64,000 bases of DNA from Dysgonamonadaceae bacterium. Its GTDB lineage: Bacteria; Bacteroidota; Bacteroidia; Bacteroidales; Dysgonomonadaceae. Positions within the stretch are counted from its first letter, which is position 1. Every line of letters starts with the position of its first letter. The notes under the pieces are model-generated. The model had not been told where the DNA came from. It did no database searches and saw only the letters and a program-made list of their open reading frames with translations. Made by a program: the position numbers and the translations under genes. The stretch covers positions 6,638 to 70,637 of the forward strand of contig JBAYZS010000003.1 of the NCBI GenBank assembly GCA_041672395.1. Direction: 5' to 3'. This document shows positions 19,518 through 29,732 of this stretch, piece after piece.

Positions 19518-21443
19518 ATGATGAGTAAAAAAATAATCATTCTAATTCTTTTGTCTTTCTCAATTTTAAAAGTTAATGCTTATAGTGAGAAAAATCTATT
19601 GCAAAAAGCAGCTACAGCAGAACAGATCAAATCTGCCCTTATCCTTAATCAGAAATGGGTGCCGTACCCAAATTATAAAGACAGAAGTGGATGGGATAAA
19701 TTGATGGGAAACTTCAAATCTGAATATATACAAAAAGGTGAACAGGCGCTCAATTATAATTGGATTGTAATTAAAGCAACAGACTACCTTGATTATGAGC
19801 GCACAGGCACTCGTACAACCATGGAATCACCCTATGGAAAGAATATTCAAACCATAACAGATCTGTTATTAGCAGAATTAACCGAAGGGGAGGGCCGTTT
19901 TATAGATCAACTGATAAACGGAGTATTTTATACTTGTGAAATGACATCTTGGTCCATTGCGGCTCATCAGGTAAGACAAAGCAATGGTCGCTCATTACCT
20001 TTAAAAGATGAACATCTAATTGAATTGACATCAGGAGATGTTGGTAGTTTGTTTTCCTGGATTTATTTCTTTTTTCAGGATGAATTCGATAAAGTAAACC
20101 CGACTATCTCAAAACGATTGCGTCTTGAGTTGGAAGAAAGAATATTAGAACCATTTATGGGTAAGGATTTCTGGTGGATGGGGTTCAATTATCGCCCCGG
20201 AATAGTCATAAATAATTGGAATGTATGGTGTAATTTTAATGCGTTGCAATGTTTTTTATTATTGGAGAACGATAAAGATCGTTTGGCAGAAGCAGTTGCT
20301 AAATCAATGAGGTCTGTAGACCAGTTTATTAATTATTCAAAACAAGATGGTGCTTGTGAAGAAGGACCTTCTTATTGGGGACATGCAGCCGGTAAAATGT
20401 ACGATTACTTGCAACTGCTTTATGATGGAACTGGTGGAAAAGTATCAATTTTTGATGTACCTATGATAAAGAATATGGGGGAATATATTTCCAGAACATA
20501 TGTAGGGAACGATTGGGTAGTCAATTTTGCAGATGCTTCTGCGAAGTTATCATTAGATGCTAATTTTATTTTCAGATATGGAAAAGCTGTGCAAAGTAAT
20601 GAGATGATAGGATTCGCAAATATGCTTTCTAAAAATCAGAAGGATGTCAGTGCTCCAAACTATGGAAGGGATATTTTCAGATCATTTCAATCATTGTTAT
20701 ATTTTGAAGAGTTCTCACAGAATACTGCTGAATATACCACTCCTCAAAATACCTGGTATCCGGAAACGGAGTTTTGCTACATGAAAAATAACAAAGGGTT
20801 CTTTGTGGCATTAAAAGGTGGATTCAATAACGAGAGTCACAATCACAATGATGTTGGAACATTTTCACTTTACATGAATGAAGTTCCTGTGTTTATTGAT
20901 GCCGGTGTTGGCACTTATACTCGCCAGACTTTCAGCAGTGAAAGATACAATATATGGACTATGCAAAGTCTTTATCATAATCTTCCGGAAATAAATGGGC
21001 ATCAACAGAAGTTCGGGACCAACTATACAGCCAAAAACACAAAATATGATCCCAAAAACCAAACTTTCTCTTTGGATATCTCCGGGGCATATCCTAAAGA
21101 GTCTGGAATCAATTATTGGAAAAGAAATTACATTCTAAAAGAAGACATACTTTTAATCAGAGATGATTTCGATTTAGACAATTCCACTCAAAAGAATCGT
21201 ATTTATTTTCTGACATGGGGAAAAGTAGATAACTCTATAGAAGGGATTGTAATTGTTAATGTTATGGATCAGCAGGCTGAACTCAGGTATGACAAAAACA
21301 AATTTGTTGCTTCCATTGAAACAATAAAGTTAGATGATAAAAGATTATCTAATGTGTGGGGTGAAGAAATCAAGAGAATTATTCTTGAAGAGAAAACCCT
21401 AAGATCTAAAGCTAAATATGAATTCGCGATCATTAGAAAATAA
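19518..21443 (+). CDS. Secreted heparinase II/III-like protein (polysaccharide lyase-like)
   Basis: Signal peptide present. The C-terminal block ESHNHNDVGTFSLYMNEVPVFIDAGVGTYT matches the H.H.D..sF.l...G....D.G...Y pattern of heparinase II/III-like domains. It is the last gene of the hexuronate operon. Confidence 0.72.
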   Translation: MMSKKIIILILLSFSILKVNAYSEKNLLQKAATAEQIKSALILNQKWVPYPNYKDRSGWDKLMGNFKSEYIQKGEQALNYNWIVIKATDYLDYERTGTRTTMESPYGKNIQTITDLLLAELTEGEGRFIDQLINGVFYTCEMTSWSIAAHQVRQSNGRSLPLKDEHLIELTSGDVGSLFSWIYFFFQDEFDKVNPTISKRLRLELEERILEPFMGKDFWWMGFNYRPGIVINNWNVWCNFNALQCFLLLENDKDRLAEAVAKSMRSVDQFINYSKQDGACEEGPSYWGHAAGKMYDYLQLLYDGTGGKVSIFDVPMIKNMGEYISRTYVGNDWVVNFADASAKLSLDANFIFRYGKAVQSNEMIGFANMLSKNQKDVSAPNYGRDIFRSFQSLLYFEEFSQNTAEYTTPQNTWYPETEFCYMKNNKGFFVALKGGFNNESHNHNDVGTFSLYMNEVPVFIDAGVGTYTRQTFSSERYNIWTMQSLYHNLPEINGHQQKFGTNYTAKNTKYDPKNQTFSLDISGAYPKESGINYWKRNYILKEDILLIRDDFDLDNSTQKNRIYFLTWGKVDNSIEGIVIVNVMDQQAELRYDKNKFVASIETIKLDDKRLSNVWGEEIKRIILEEKTLRSKAKYEFAIIRK

Positions 21444-21468
21444 CCTAAAACAATCTTATAATTAAAAC

Positions 21469-22335
21469 TTAAATAAGTACTTTCAACAAAGAGGGAATCT
21501 GACTAGGTTCATTGGCAACCGGAACGCCTACTGCTTCAAACGCAGCGATCTTTTCGGCGGCTGTCCCTGATCCGCTGGAGATGATAGCTCCCGCATGACC
21601 CATCTGCTTTCCTGGAGGCGCCTGCTGACCAGCAATGAATGCAACAACAGGTTTCGTTACGTGTTTTTTTATATATTCGGCAGCACGTTCTTCGGCATCA
21701 CCACCTATCTCACCGATAAGCACGATGGAATCTGTTTCAGGATCGTTCTCAAACATTTCCAGTAGTTCCTGGTAATAAAGTCCTACAACCGGATCTCCGC
21801 CAACACCAATTGCTGTTGATTGTCCCATTCCGTTTTCGGTTAAGTTGTACACGACTTCATAGGTGAGAGTTCCACTGCGACTAATCACGCCGGTGCTTCC
21901 TTGTTTAAAGATCATTGTAGGCATAATCCCTACCAGACTCTTTTCGGGAGAGATCAGACCGGGACAATTTGGACCTATAAGATTAGCCCCTTTATTTTTG
22001 ATGAAATGGTATGCTTGTACTACGTCAAGTGTAGGAATACCTTCTGTAATACAGATTATAAGTTGAATGTCTGCGTCTGCTGCTTCCATCATAGCATCTT
22101 TAGCAAATGGTGCCGGAACAAAGATGATAGATGAGTTTGCACCTGTTTCTTTAACGGCCTCTTTTACCGAATTGAAAACTGGAATATCTTCGACAAATTC
22201 ACCTGCTTTACCAGGTGATGTTCCACCAATCACATTAGTTCCGTATGTTTTCATTTTAGATGCATGGAATCCACCGTCGCGACCTGTAATGCCTTGGACA
22301 ATCAAACGTGTGTTTTTATCGATTAATATGCTCAT
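21469..22335 (-). CDS. sucD: Succinate--CoA ligase subunit alpha
   Basis: Typical SucD blocks: [31 protein letters not shown] and the phosphohistidine region MGHAGAII. Confidence 0.95.
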   Translation of the reverse strand: MSILIDKNTRLIVQGITGRDGGFHASKMKTYGTNVIGGTSPGKAGEFVEDIPVFNSVKEAVKETGANSSIIFVPAPFAKDAMMEAADADIQLIICITEGIPTLDVVQAYHFIKNKGANLIGPNCPGLISPEKSLVGIMPTMIFKQGSTGVISRSGTLTYEVVYNLTENGMGQSTAIGVGGDPVVGLYYQELLEMFENDPETDSIVLIGEIGGDAEERAAEYIKKHVTKPVVAFIAGQQAPPGKQMGHAGAIISSGSGTAAEKIAAFEAVGVPVANEPSQIPSLLKVLI

Positions 22336-22349
22336 AGCTTATTTGTTTT

Positions 22350-23495
22350 TCAGTCTTGATAATTGTATGTCAGTTCAACAGCTTTTTTTGTTGCGTCACC
22401 CATGGTTTCAGCAACATGAAAATGAGACCCTTCCAGCAAAGCACGCCCCTCCTTTTCATTAGTCCCTGTGAGCCGAATCACAATTGGGATGTCGGTTTTT
22501 ATCTGTTTAAATGCTTCAAGTAAACCGTGAGCAACATCGTCACACCGGGTAATGCCACCAAATATATTGATTAGCACTACTTGTACATTTTTATCGCTCA
22601 GCAAAAGTTTCATCGCTTCAATTACTTTTGTGGGATTGGAACTTCCGCCAATGTCGAGAAAATTGGCAGGGTTACCACCGTAAAGTTTGATCATGTCCAT
22701 TGTAGCCATAGCCAGTCCCGCACCATTGACCATGCAACCAATTTCTCCACCTAAATGTACATAACTGAAACCTTTGCTTTTGGCATTTTGTTCTTTTTTC
22801 TCCTCTTCGGTAGGTTCATTGAGTGAGGCTATTTTAGGATGACGATAAAGAGCATTGTCATCGAATGTCATTTTTGCATCGATAGCCATGATGCTCCCTT
22901 CTTGTGTGAGTACCAATGGATTAATCTCCGCAAGTGAGGCATCTGTATCAATAAATAGTTTGTACAGCTTTTGGAAAATTGAAGCTGCCTGACGTACTAA
23001 ATTTACATCATCAAACAGTTTGAAAGCAGCCTCCCGTGCTAAATAATCAGGAACACCAATTGAAGGATCGATCACAAACTTGTGAATCTTCTCCGGAGAG
23101 ATACGTGCGACTTCCTCAATTTCCATTCCACCTTCTTTGCTTAACATTAGAATGGTCGATTTTGAATTTCTGTCGATAATATAACTCGCGTAATACTCTT
23201 TTGAAATGTTTACCGCTTGTCCTATAAGGATTCGGTCCACTATGTAACCTTTGATGTTCATGCCCAGAATGTTAGATGCATGTTTGCGTAATTCGATTTC
23301 ATCAATTGCCAGTTTTACTCCGCCGGCTTTTCCTCTTCCGCCGGAATACACTTGTGCTTTCACAATTACTCTTTGTGAATCCAACTGTGAATAAGCTTTC
23401 ACTGCATCATCAACTGATCGGCACAAAACGCTCTGATCTACAGGAATTCCGTAGTTTGCAAACAACTCTTTTGCCTGATATTCATGAATTTTCAT
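22350..23495 (-). CDS. sucC: Succinate--CoA ligase (ADP-forming) subunit beta
   Basis: MKIHEYQAKELFANYGIPV; ATP-grasp region; C-terminal NIFGGITRCDDVA block. It lies directly upstream of sucD. Confidence 0.95.
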   Translation of the reverse strand: MKIHEYQAKELFANYGIPVDQSVLCRSVDDAVKAYSQLDSQRVIVKAQVYSGGRGKAGGVKLAIDEIELRKHASNILGMNIKGYIVDRILIGQAVNISKEYYASYIIDRNSKSTILMLSKEGGMEIEEVARISPEKIHKFVIDPSIGVPDYLAREAAFKLFDDVNLVRQAASIFQKLYKLFIDTDASLAEINPLVLTQEGSIMAIDAKMTFDDNALYRHPKIASLNEPTEEEKKEQNAKSKGFSYVHLGGEIGCMVNGAGLAMATMDMIKLYGGNPANFLDIGGSSNPTKVIEAMKLLLSDKNVQVVLINIFGGITRCDDVAHGLLEAFKQIKTDIPIVIRLTGTNEKEGRALLEGSHFHVAETMGDATKKAVELTYNYQD

Positions 23496-23637
23496 GGGCT
23501 ATTTCTAAAAATATTATGATGATTAAGAAACTATGATTAAACTACCATACAATTAACCATATAACAGAGAATTTGTTTTTTAAAATTGAAATAATTATAG
23601 AATAGATAAACAAAATAATTGGCAATTGATTATTTTG

Positions 23638-23645
23638 TATATTTG
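23638..23645 (+). promoter_or_regulatory. Candidate -7 promoter box TATATTTG, about 21 nt upstream of the DUF2130 ATG
   Basis: Exact TAnnTTTG match within TTTGTATATTTG. The same 12-mer recurs at 31241-31252. Confidence 0.4.
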
Positions 23646-23665
23646 TAGTTATAAGAATATAAATT

Positions 23666-24892
23666 ATGAATAATACCAAAATATCTTGTCCGCAATGCGG
23701 ATTTAACTTTGATGTTGAAGAAGCGCTGTCTAGCCAGGTTGAGGAGCGATTACGTGCTGAGCAACAGAAGAGAATTGCTGAAATAGACAAGGCTTATAAA
23801 GCAAAATTATATGCGTTGGAGACAAAGGAGGCTGACTTGGAAAAGCAGATTGCTGAACGAACAAACAAAGAATTGGCTATTAAGGAGAAAGTGATGGCTG
23901 ATAAGATAAATGCGAAATATCAGTCGGAATTGAATGATTTGAAGAAACAGGAGAGTGAAGCTCGCAAAGAGGTTGCGGAACTCAAGAACTCAAAAATTGA
24001 GAACGAAAAGCTTAAACGTCAGTTGACAGAGCAACGACAGAATATCGAATTGGAGTATGAACAAAAGTTGAGTAAGCAACTGAATGATAATCTTATCAGA
24101 ATAAAACAACAGGAAACGGATAAGGCGGAGTTAAAAATCAAGGAATATGAAATTCAGCTGGAGCAACAAGCCAAACTGATTGACGAAATGAAACGTAAAT
24201 CGGAGCAGGGCTCAATGCAGTTGCAGGGAGAAGTGCAAGAGCTGACTATTGAAGAGACTTTGAAATCGATGTTTCCTTACGATGATATTTCAGAAGTAGG
24301 AAAAGGTATTCGAGGAGCAGATGTGATTCAATCCGTCAGAAATAGAGTAGGAGTTGAGGTCGGTACCATTCTTTATGAAAGTAAGCGTACAAAAGCATTT
24401 AGCAACGAGTGGGTGAGTAAACTAAAGTCTGACGCTGTTTTGGTGAAAGCTAATATTTGCGTGATTGTAACCGAAGCCATGCCGGATGATATAGAACGGA
24501 TCGGTCAAAAAGAAGGAGTATGGATTTGTTCATATGCTGATTTTAAACCACTTATTATAGTTTTGAGAGATAGTTTACTGAAAATCAGCGAAGCATACAC
24601 TTCTCAAACAAATAAAGGTGAGAAGATGCAGATGCTCTATGATTATCTGTTAAGTCAGGAGTTTGTTTTGCAGCTAAGCGCTATTGTTGAGGGTTTTACT
24701 GAATTGCAAAGCAGTTATGCACAAGAAAAAATGCAGATGGAACGAATCTGGAAGAAACGAGAAAAACAACTTGAAAAGGTATTGTTAAATACCAATCATT
24801 TTATTGGATCTATTCAAGGTATTGCAGGGAGCTCAATACCGGGACTTAATCAGATTGGAGCCGATGACTCGATGTTGAAGTTAGACGAATAA
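23666..24892 (+). CDS. DUF2130-like protein: N-terminal zinc ribbon, long coiled coil, C-terminal globular (possibly nuclease-fold) domain
   Basis: It has an N-terminal CPQCG motif followed by about 170 aa of K/E/Q-rich heptad-like sequence. The C-domain carries the motifs GEVQE..., GIRGADVIQ... and LYESKRTK. Confidence 0.7.
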   Translation: MNNTKISCPQCGFNFDVEEALSSQVEERLRAEQQKRIAEIDKAYKAKLYALETKEADLEKQIAERTNKELAIKEKVMADKINAKYQSELNDLKKQESEARKEVAELKNSKIENEKLKRQLTEQRQNIELEYEQKLSKQLNDNLIRIKQQETDKAELKIKEYEIQLEQQAKLIDEMKRKSEQGSMQLQGEVQELTIEETLKSMFPYDDISEVGKGIRGADVIQSVRNRVGVEVGTILYESKRTKAFSNEWVSKLKSDAVLVKANICVIVTEAMPDDIERIGQKEGVWICSYADFKPLIIVLRDSLLKISEAYTSQTNKGEKMQMLYDYLLSQEFVLQLSAIVEGFTELQSSYAQEKMQMERIWKKREKQLEKVLLNTNHFIGSIQGIAGSSIPGLNQIGADDSMLKLDE

Positions 24893-24910
24893 ACTTCTTA
24901 AATAATAATT

Positions 24911-26893
24911 ATGAATAAGACCTTATTCAATCAATTACCACCTTTTCCTGAATTTCAGGAAGGTATTCGTCGTGCACCCGACAGAGGTTTTAGACTAACT
25001 CAGACTCAGACCGAAACGGCATTGAGAAACGCTTTGCGATACATTCCCAAAGAATTTCATAAATCTTTGGCTCCTGAATTTTTGGATGAACTAAAAACCC
25101 GCGGAAGAATTTATGGCTATCGATTTCGCCCCAAAGGGGATTTGAAAGCTAAATCCATCAACGAATACAAAGGAAATTGTATTGAAGGAAAAGCATTTCA
25201 GGTGATGATAGATAATAATCTCTGTTTTGATGTTGCTTTATATCCATATGAGTTAGTTACTTATGGCGAAACGGGACAAGTATGCCAGAATTGGATGCAA
25301 TATCGATTGATAAAACTCTATCTGGAAGAGTTGACTCAGGAACAAACGCTGGTGCTGGAGAGCGGTCACCCGTTGGGATTATTCAAATCAAAACCGGAAG
25401 CGCCACGCGTCATCATAACCAATTCCATGATGGTGGGGATGTTTGATAATCAAAAAGACTGGGAAATAGCTGCACAAATGGGAGTAGCAAACTACGGTCA
25501 GATGACTGCAGGCGGATGGATGTATATTGGTCCCCAGGGAATTGTTCACGGCACTTTCAATACACTGCTTACTGCCGGACGCCAACGATTAGGCGTTCCA
25601 AAAGACGGTAATCTGGCAGGACATTTGTTTGTATCGTCGGGATTGGGTGGAATGAGCGGAGCACAATCAAAAGCAGCCGACATAGCAGGTGCTGTTTCCA
25701 TAATTGCGGAAGTTGACATTTCAAGAATTGAAACCCGTCACAAGCAAGGATGGGTGCATAAAATAACAAACGATAATCATCAGGCATTCAATTGGGCACA
25801 TGAAGCAATCACCAATAAAGAACCATTGTCCATTGCATTCCATGGGAATATTGTTGATTTACTGGAGTTTGCAGAAATAAATAATATTAACATTGAACTC
25901 TTGTCAGACCAAACTTCTTGTCACGAAGTTTATACTGGCGGTTATTGTCCTGTGGATATTTCATTTGAAGAGCGCACACGATTATTAAGTGAGGATAGAG
26001 AAAAGTTTAAACAGCTTGTAGATCAGTCGCTTCATCGTCATTTTAACGTAATAAAGAAACTGATTGCCAAAGGAACCTACTTTTTCGATTACGGGAATTC
26101 ATTTATGAAAGCTATTTATGACTCAGGAGTGAAAGAAATATCAAAGAATGGAATTGATGAAAAAGAAGGTTTCATCTGGCCATCGTATGTTGAAGATATC
26201 ATGGGACCAGAACTGTTCGATTATGGATATGGACCATTCCGATGGGTTTGTCTGAGTGGAAATCATGATGATTTGATAAAAACAGATAAAGCTGCAATGA
26301 GTTGCATAGATCCTAATCGCAGAGCGCAAGACAGAGATAATTACCTTTGGATTCGCGATGCAGAAAAGAACAAATTGGTTGTAGGAACTCAAGCTAGAAT
26401 ACTCTATCAGGATGCACAAGGGCGACTGAGTATTGCATTGAAATTCAACCAAATGGTACGTGATGGAGAAATCGGTCCGGTAATGCTTGGACGTGACCAT
26501 CATGATGTTAGCGGAACAGATTCTCCATTCCGTGAGACAGCGAATATAAAAGATGGTAGTAATGTGATGGCAGACATGGCAGTGCAATGTTTTGCCGGAA
26601 ATTGCGCTCGTGGCATGAGCCTTGTTGCGCTTCATAATGGAGGTGGCGTTGGCATTGGAAAAGCAATCAATGGAGGTTTTGGAATGGTATGCGACGGTAG
26701 TGAGCGGGTGGATGAGATTCTTCGTCCTGCAATGATTTGGGATGTGATGAATGGTGTCGCCCGTCGTTCCTGGAGCCGTAACCCGAATGCAATGCAAACA
26801 GCTAAAGCTTTCAATGAATCTCATTCCAAAAACTATCATCTTACAATTCCAAATCTTGTTGATGATGACATTCTTAGTAATATTCTTAATTAA
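24911..26893 (+). CDS. hutU: Urocanate hydratase (long form)
   Basis: 660 aa. Urocanase blocks: GGMSGAQ, GYRFRP, MLGRDHHDVSGTDSPFRET and ALHNGGGVGIG. Confidence 0.95.
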   Translation: MNKTLFNQLPPFPEFQEGIRRAPDRGFRLTQTQTETALRNALRYIPKEFHKSLAPEFLDELKTRGRIYGYRFRPKGDLKAKSINEYKGNCIEGKAFQVMIDNNLCFDVALYPYELVTYGETGQVCQNWMQYRLIKLYLEELTQEQTLVLESGHPLGLFKSKPEAPRVIITNSMMVGMFDNQKDWEIAAQMGVANYGQMTAGGWMYIGPQGIVHGTFNTLLTAGRQRLGVPKDGNLAGHLFVSSGLGGMSGAQSKAADIAGAVSIIAEVDISRIETRHKQGWVHKITNDNHQAFNWAHEAITNKEPLSIAFHGNIVDLLEFAEINNINIELLSDQTSCHEVYTGGYCPVDISFEERTRLLSEDREKFKQLVDQSLHRHFNVIKKLIAKGTYFFDYGNSFMKAIYDSGVKEISKNGIDEKEGFIWPSYVEDIMGPELFDYGYGPFRWVCLSGNHDDLIKTDKAAMSCIDPNRRAQDRDNYLWIRDAEKNKLVVGTQARILYQDAQGRLSIALKFNQMVRDGEIGPVMLGRDHHDVSGTDSPFRETANIKDGSNVMADMAVQCFAGNCARGMSLVALHNGGGVGIGKAINGGFGMVCDGSERVDEILRPAMIWDVMNGVARRSWSRNPNAMQTAKAFNESHSKNYHLTIPNLVDDDILSNILN

Positions 26894-26913
26894 CCATTTA
26901 ATACTTATAAGCT

Positions 26914-27810
26914 ATGAATAAAATAATGGAATGTGTACCTAATTTCAGTGAGGGACGCGACAAGCACAAGATCGAGAAGATAGTCGATTGTTTCAGAGGC
27001 AGGGATAACTTGAAACTGCTGGACTATAGTAACGACGAAGATCACAATCGCCTGGTCGTTACTGTTATAGGTGAGCCAGATGAATTGAAAGATGCTGTTG
27101 TTGAAGCCATCGAAAATGCAGTTAATCTGATTGATATGAATGTGCACAAAGGTCAGCATCCGCGTATGGGTGCAGTAGATGTTGTGCCTTTTATTCCCAT
27201 CAAAAATATAACTATGGATGAGGCGATTGACTTTTCGAAAATAGTAGGACAAATCGCAACTGAGAAATTCAAGCTACCCGTGTATCTTTATGAAAAATCT
27301 GCATCGGCACCATATCGCGAAAACTTGGCTGTCATCAGAAAAGGTGAGTTTGAAGGGATGGAGGAAAAGATGAAACAACCCGAATGGCAACCTGATTTTG
27401 GTCCCGCCCAGCCGCATCCCACAGCAGGAGTTGTAGCCATCGGGGCGCGTATGCCATTGGTCGCCTATAACGTAAATCTTGGGACCAATAATCTTGAAAT
27501 TGCTACAGCAATTGCCAAAAAAGTTCGTCATATTGGTGGAGGTTTACATTTTTGCAAAGCGATGAGTGTAGCAATTGAACATCGCAATATTACCCAGGTG
27601 TCAATGAATCTGACCGATTTTACTCACACAGCCATTTATCGCGCCCATGAACTGGTGCGTATAGAAGCAAACCGTTATGGAGTTCCCATTGTGGGAGCTG
27701 AAATCGTGGGATTGGTTCCCATGGCCGCGCTCATAGACACAGCGGCTTATTATCTCGGATTGGAAAACTTTTCCATGCAGCAAGTGCTGGAAACGCGATT
27801 AATGGAATAA
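26914..27810 (+). CDS. Glutamate formimidoyltransferase (stand-alone FT domain)
   Basis: N-terminal ECVPNFSEGRD hallmark. At 298 aa it covers only the transferase half of FTCD. Confidence 0.9.
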   Translation: MNKIMECVPNFSEGRDKHKIEKIVDCFRGRDNLKLLDYSNDEDHNRLVVTVIGEPDELKDAVVEAIENAVNLIDMNVHKGQHPRMGAVDVVPFIPIKNITMDEAIDFSKIVGQIATEKFKLPVYLYEKSASAPYRENLAVIRKGEFEGMEEKMKQPEWQPDFGPAQPHPTAGVVAIGARMPLVAYNVNLGTNNLEIATAIAKKVRHIGGGLHFCKAMSVAIEHRNITQVSMNLTDFTHTAIYRAHELVRIEANRYGVPIVGAEIVGLVPMAALIDTAAYYLGLENFSMQQVLETRLME

Positions 27811-27828
27811 AAAACGGAAACATATATA

Positions 27829-29073
27829 ATGAATAACCTTATAATAAAGAACGCATCACAAGTTGTTACTTGTAGCGGGAACAAAGGAAAACACGGTAAG
27901 GAAATGTCTGATCTTCATGTGATAGATGACGGGACAGTAATCGTTACCGATGGAATTATCACGCAAGTACTTAAAGCTGGAGTAACCATACCCGTAAATG
28001 AAAATGATTACGAAGTGATTCATGCAGAGGGAAAAGCATTGCTTCCTGGGTTTGTTGATCCACATACTCATTTCATTTTTGGAGGCTATCGGGAGGAAGA
28101 ATTCTCCTGGCGTATGCGCGGCGACAGTTACATGAGTATTATGGAACGGGGCGGAGGAATTGTAAATACAACCAAAGCTACACGAGATGCTGCCGAAAAT
28201 GAACTTTATGAGTTGGGAAAACAGCGCCTTGATGCTATGATGAAGTTTGGAATAACTACGGTTGAAGGAAAAAGTGGTTATGGATTAGACAAGGAAACAG
28301 AACTCAAGCAGCTTCGTGTTATGAAGCAACTTAATCAGTCGCACCCAATGGATATAGTGTCAACTTTTATGGGCGCCCATGCCGTTCCTGCAGAATGGAA
28401 AGGTAGAGAAGATGCATTCGTCAATTTTAATATCAATGAATTGTTCTCTGTTGTTGCGAAAGAAGAATTAGCTGAATGTGTGGATATATTTTGCGAAAAG
28501 AATGTGTTCACGATTGAACAGTCGCGACGATATTTGACTGCTGCCCGTAAATATGGATTCAAATTGAAAATTCATGCTGACGAAATAGTTTCGTTTGGTG
28601 GAGCTGAACTAGCAGCTGAACTTAAGGTCTTGTCGGCCGATCATCTGCTTCAAGCCTCCGATGAGGGTATTCGTGCTATGGCTCAAAGTGGAGTCATAGC
28701 CACATTGTTACCTCTTACAGCTTTCTCTTTACGCGAAGATTATGCACGTGGACGCGAAATGATTGACAATAATTGCGTTGTAGCATTGGCGACCGACTTA
28801 AATCCTGGTAGTTCTTTTACCTCATCGGTTCCTTTACTTTTTGCTTTGGCTTGTATTTATATGCATTTGTCAGTAGAAGAGTCTATTACGGCTTTTACAA
28901 TTAACAGCGCTGCTGCGATTGATCGTGCCGATTGCATTGGAAGTATAGATGTTGGGAAACAGGGTGATTTGATATTACTGCAATTTCCATCATATAAATT
29001 TCTGCCTTATCATATAGGGATGAATCTCGTGGAAACGGTCATAAAGAAAGGAAACATAATTATTAATAACTAA
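27829..29073 (+). CDS. hutI: Imidazolonepropionase
   Basis: Amidohydrolase metal motif LPGFVDPHTHFIFGG. Further blocks KIHADE and TDLNPGSS. 414 aa. Confidence 0.92.
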   Translation: MNNLIIKNASQVVTCSGNKGKHGKEMSDLHVIDDGTVIVTDGIITQVLKAGVTIPVNENDYEVIHAEGKALLPGFVDPHTHFIFGGYREEEFSWRMRGDSYMSIMERGGGIVNTTKATRDAAENELYELGKQRLDAMMKFGITTVEGKSGYGLDKETELKQLRVMKQLNQSHPMDIVSTFMGAHAVPAEWKGREDAFVNFNINELFSVVAKEELAECVDIFCEKNVFTIEQSRRYLTAARKYGFKLKIHADEIVSFGGAELAAELKVLSADHLLQASDEGIRAMAQSGVIATLLPLTAFSLREDYARGREMIDNNCVVALATDLNPGSSFTSSVPLLFALACIYMHLSVEESITAFTINSAAAIDRADCIGSIDVGKQGDLILLQFPSYKFLPYHIGMNLVETVIKKGNIIINN

Positions 29074-29076
29074 GAT

Positions 29077-29703
29077 ATGAAACTACAAGATTTAACCATT
29101 AATGAATTCTTAGAAAAAACCGCAGGAAATGAGCCGGTACCAGGTGGAGGAAGTATTTCGGCACTGAATGGAGCCATTGCATCAGCATTAACAGAAATGC
29201 TTGCCAACTTGACTATTGGAAAAAAGAAATATCAAGAGGTAGAAGAAAGTATGAAGAAAACCGCTCTGGAAATGGCTGTTAACCGAAGTCGCTTTATGAA
29301 TGATGTTGATCGGGATGCTGATTCTTATAATCAAGTCATAGAGGCGTTTAAATTGCCAAAAGATACTGATGAACAAAAAGCTAAGAGAGGGGATAAAATC
29401 CAGGATGCTACAAAAATGGCTGCACTTGTGCCTATGGAGGTTGCACAACGTGCTTTTTCCATCATGGATTCAATTGCAAAAACAGTTTATAATGGTAACC
29501 GTAATGCTGTTACCGACGGTTGTATTGCTATGATGGCATGTCGTAATGCCGTTTTGGGCGCATTGTTGAATGTTCGCATAAATCTTTCGGCAATTAACGA
29601 TGGAGCTTTTGTCAAAGAACTATCTGATAAATGCAAAATACTTGAAAATGAAGCTGTTATCAAAGAACAAGAAGTGATAAAATGGGTTAACAATAACATT
29701 TAA
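29077..29703 (+). CDS. Formimidoyltetrahydrofolate cyclodeaminase (stand-alone CD domain)
   Basis: The motif PVPGGGSISALNGAIASALTEMLANLT is typical of cyclodeaminase/cyclohydrolase-family proteins. 208 aa and all-helical. Confidence 0.82.
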   Translation: MKLQDLTINEFLEKTAGNEPVPGGGSISALNGAIASALTEMLANLTIGKKKYQEVEESMKKTALEMAVNRSRFMNDVDRDADSYNQVIEAFKLPKDTDEQKAKRGDKIQDATKMAALVPMEVAQRAFSIMDSIAKTVYNGNRNAVTDGCIAMMACRNAVLGALLNVRINLSAINDGAFVKELSDKCKILENEAVIKEQEVIKWVNNNI

Positions 29704-29732
29704 AAGAATACAAAATATTGAAAATCACTTAT

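Noticed and set aside
22067-22462. A 131-aa plus-strand ORF spanning the sucD/sucC junction
   Set aside because: It is antisense to two highly conserved genes and has no recognisable motifs. Its Ala/Ser/Pro-rich composition is typical of the reverse frame of a real gene.
23542-23790. An 82-aa minus-strand ORF in the sucC/DUF2130 intergenic region
   Set aside because: It overlaps the DUF2130 start and its promoter box. The Ile/Leu-rich low-complexity translation comes from AT-rich sequence, and there is no supporting motif.
26141-26839. A 232-aa ORF on the minus strand, antisense to hutU
   Set aside because: It lies entirely inside a strongly supported urocanase gene. The translation is Cys/His/Ile-rich with no recognisable domain, signal or start context. 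It is most likely a chance open frame opposite a long coding region.
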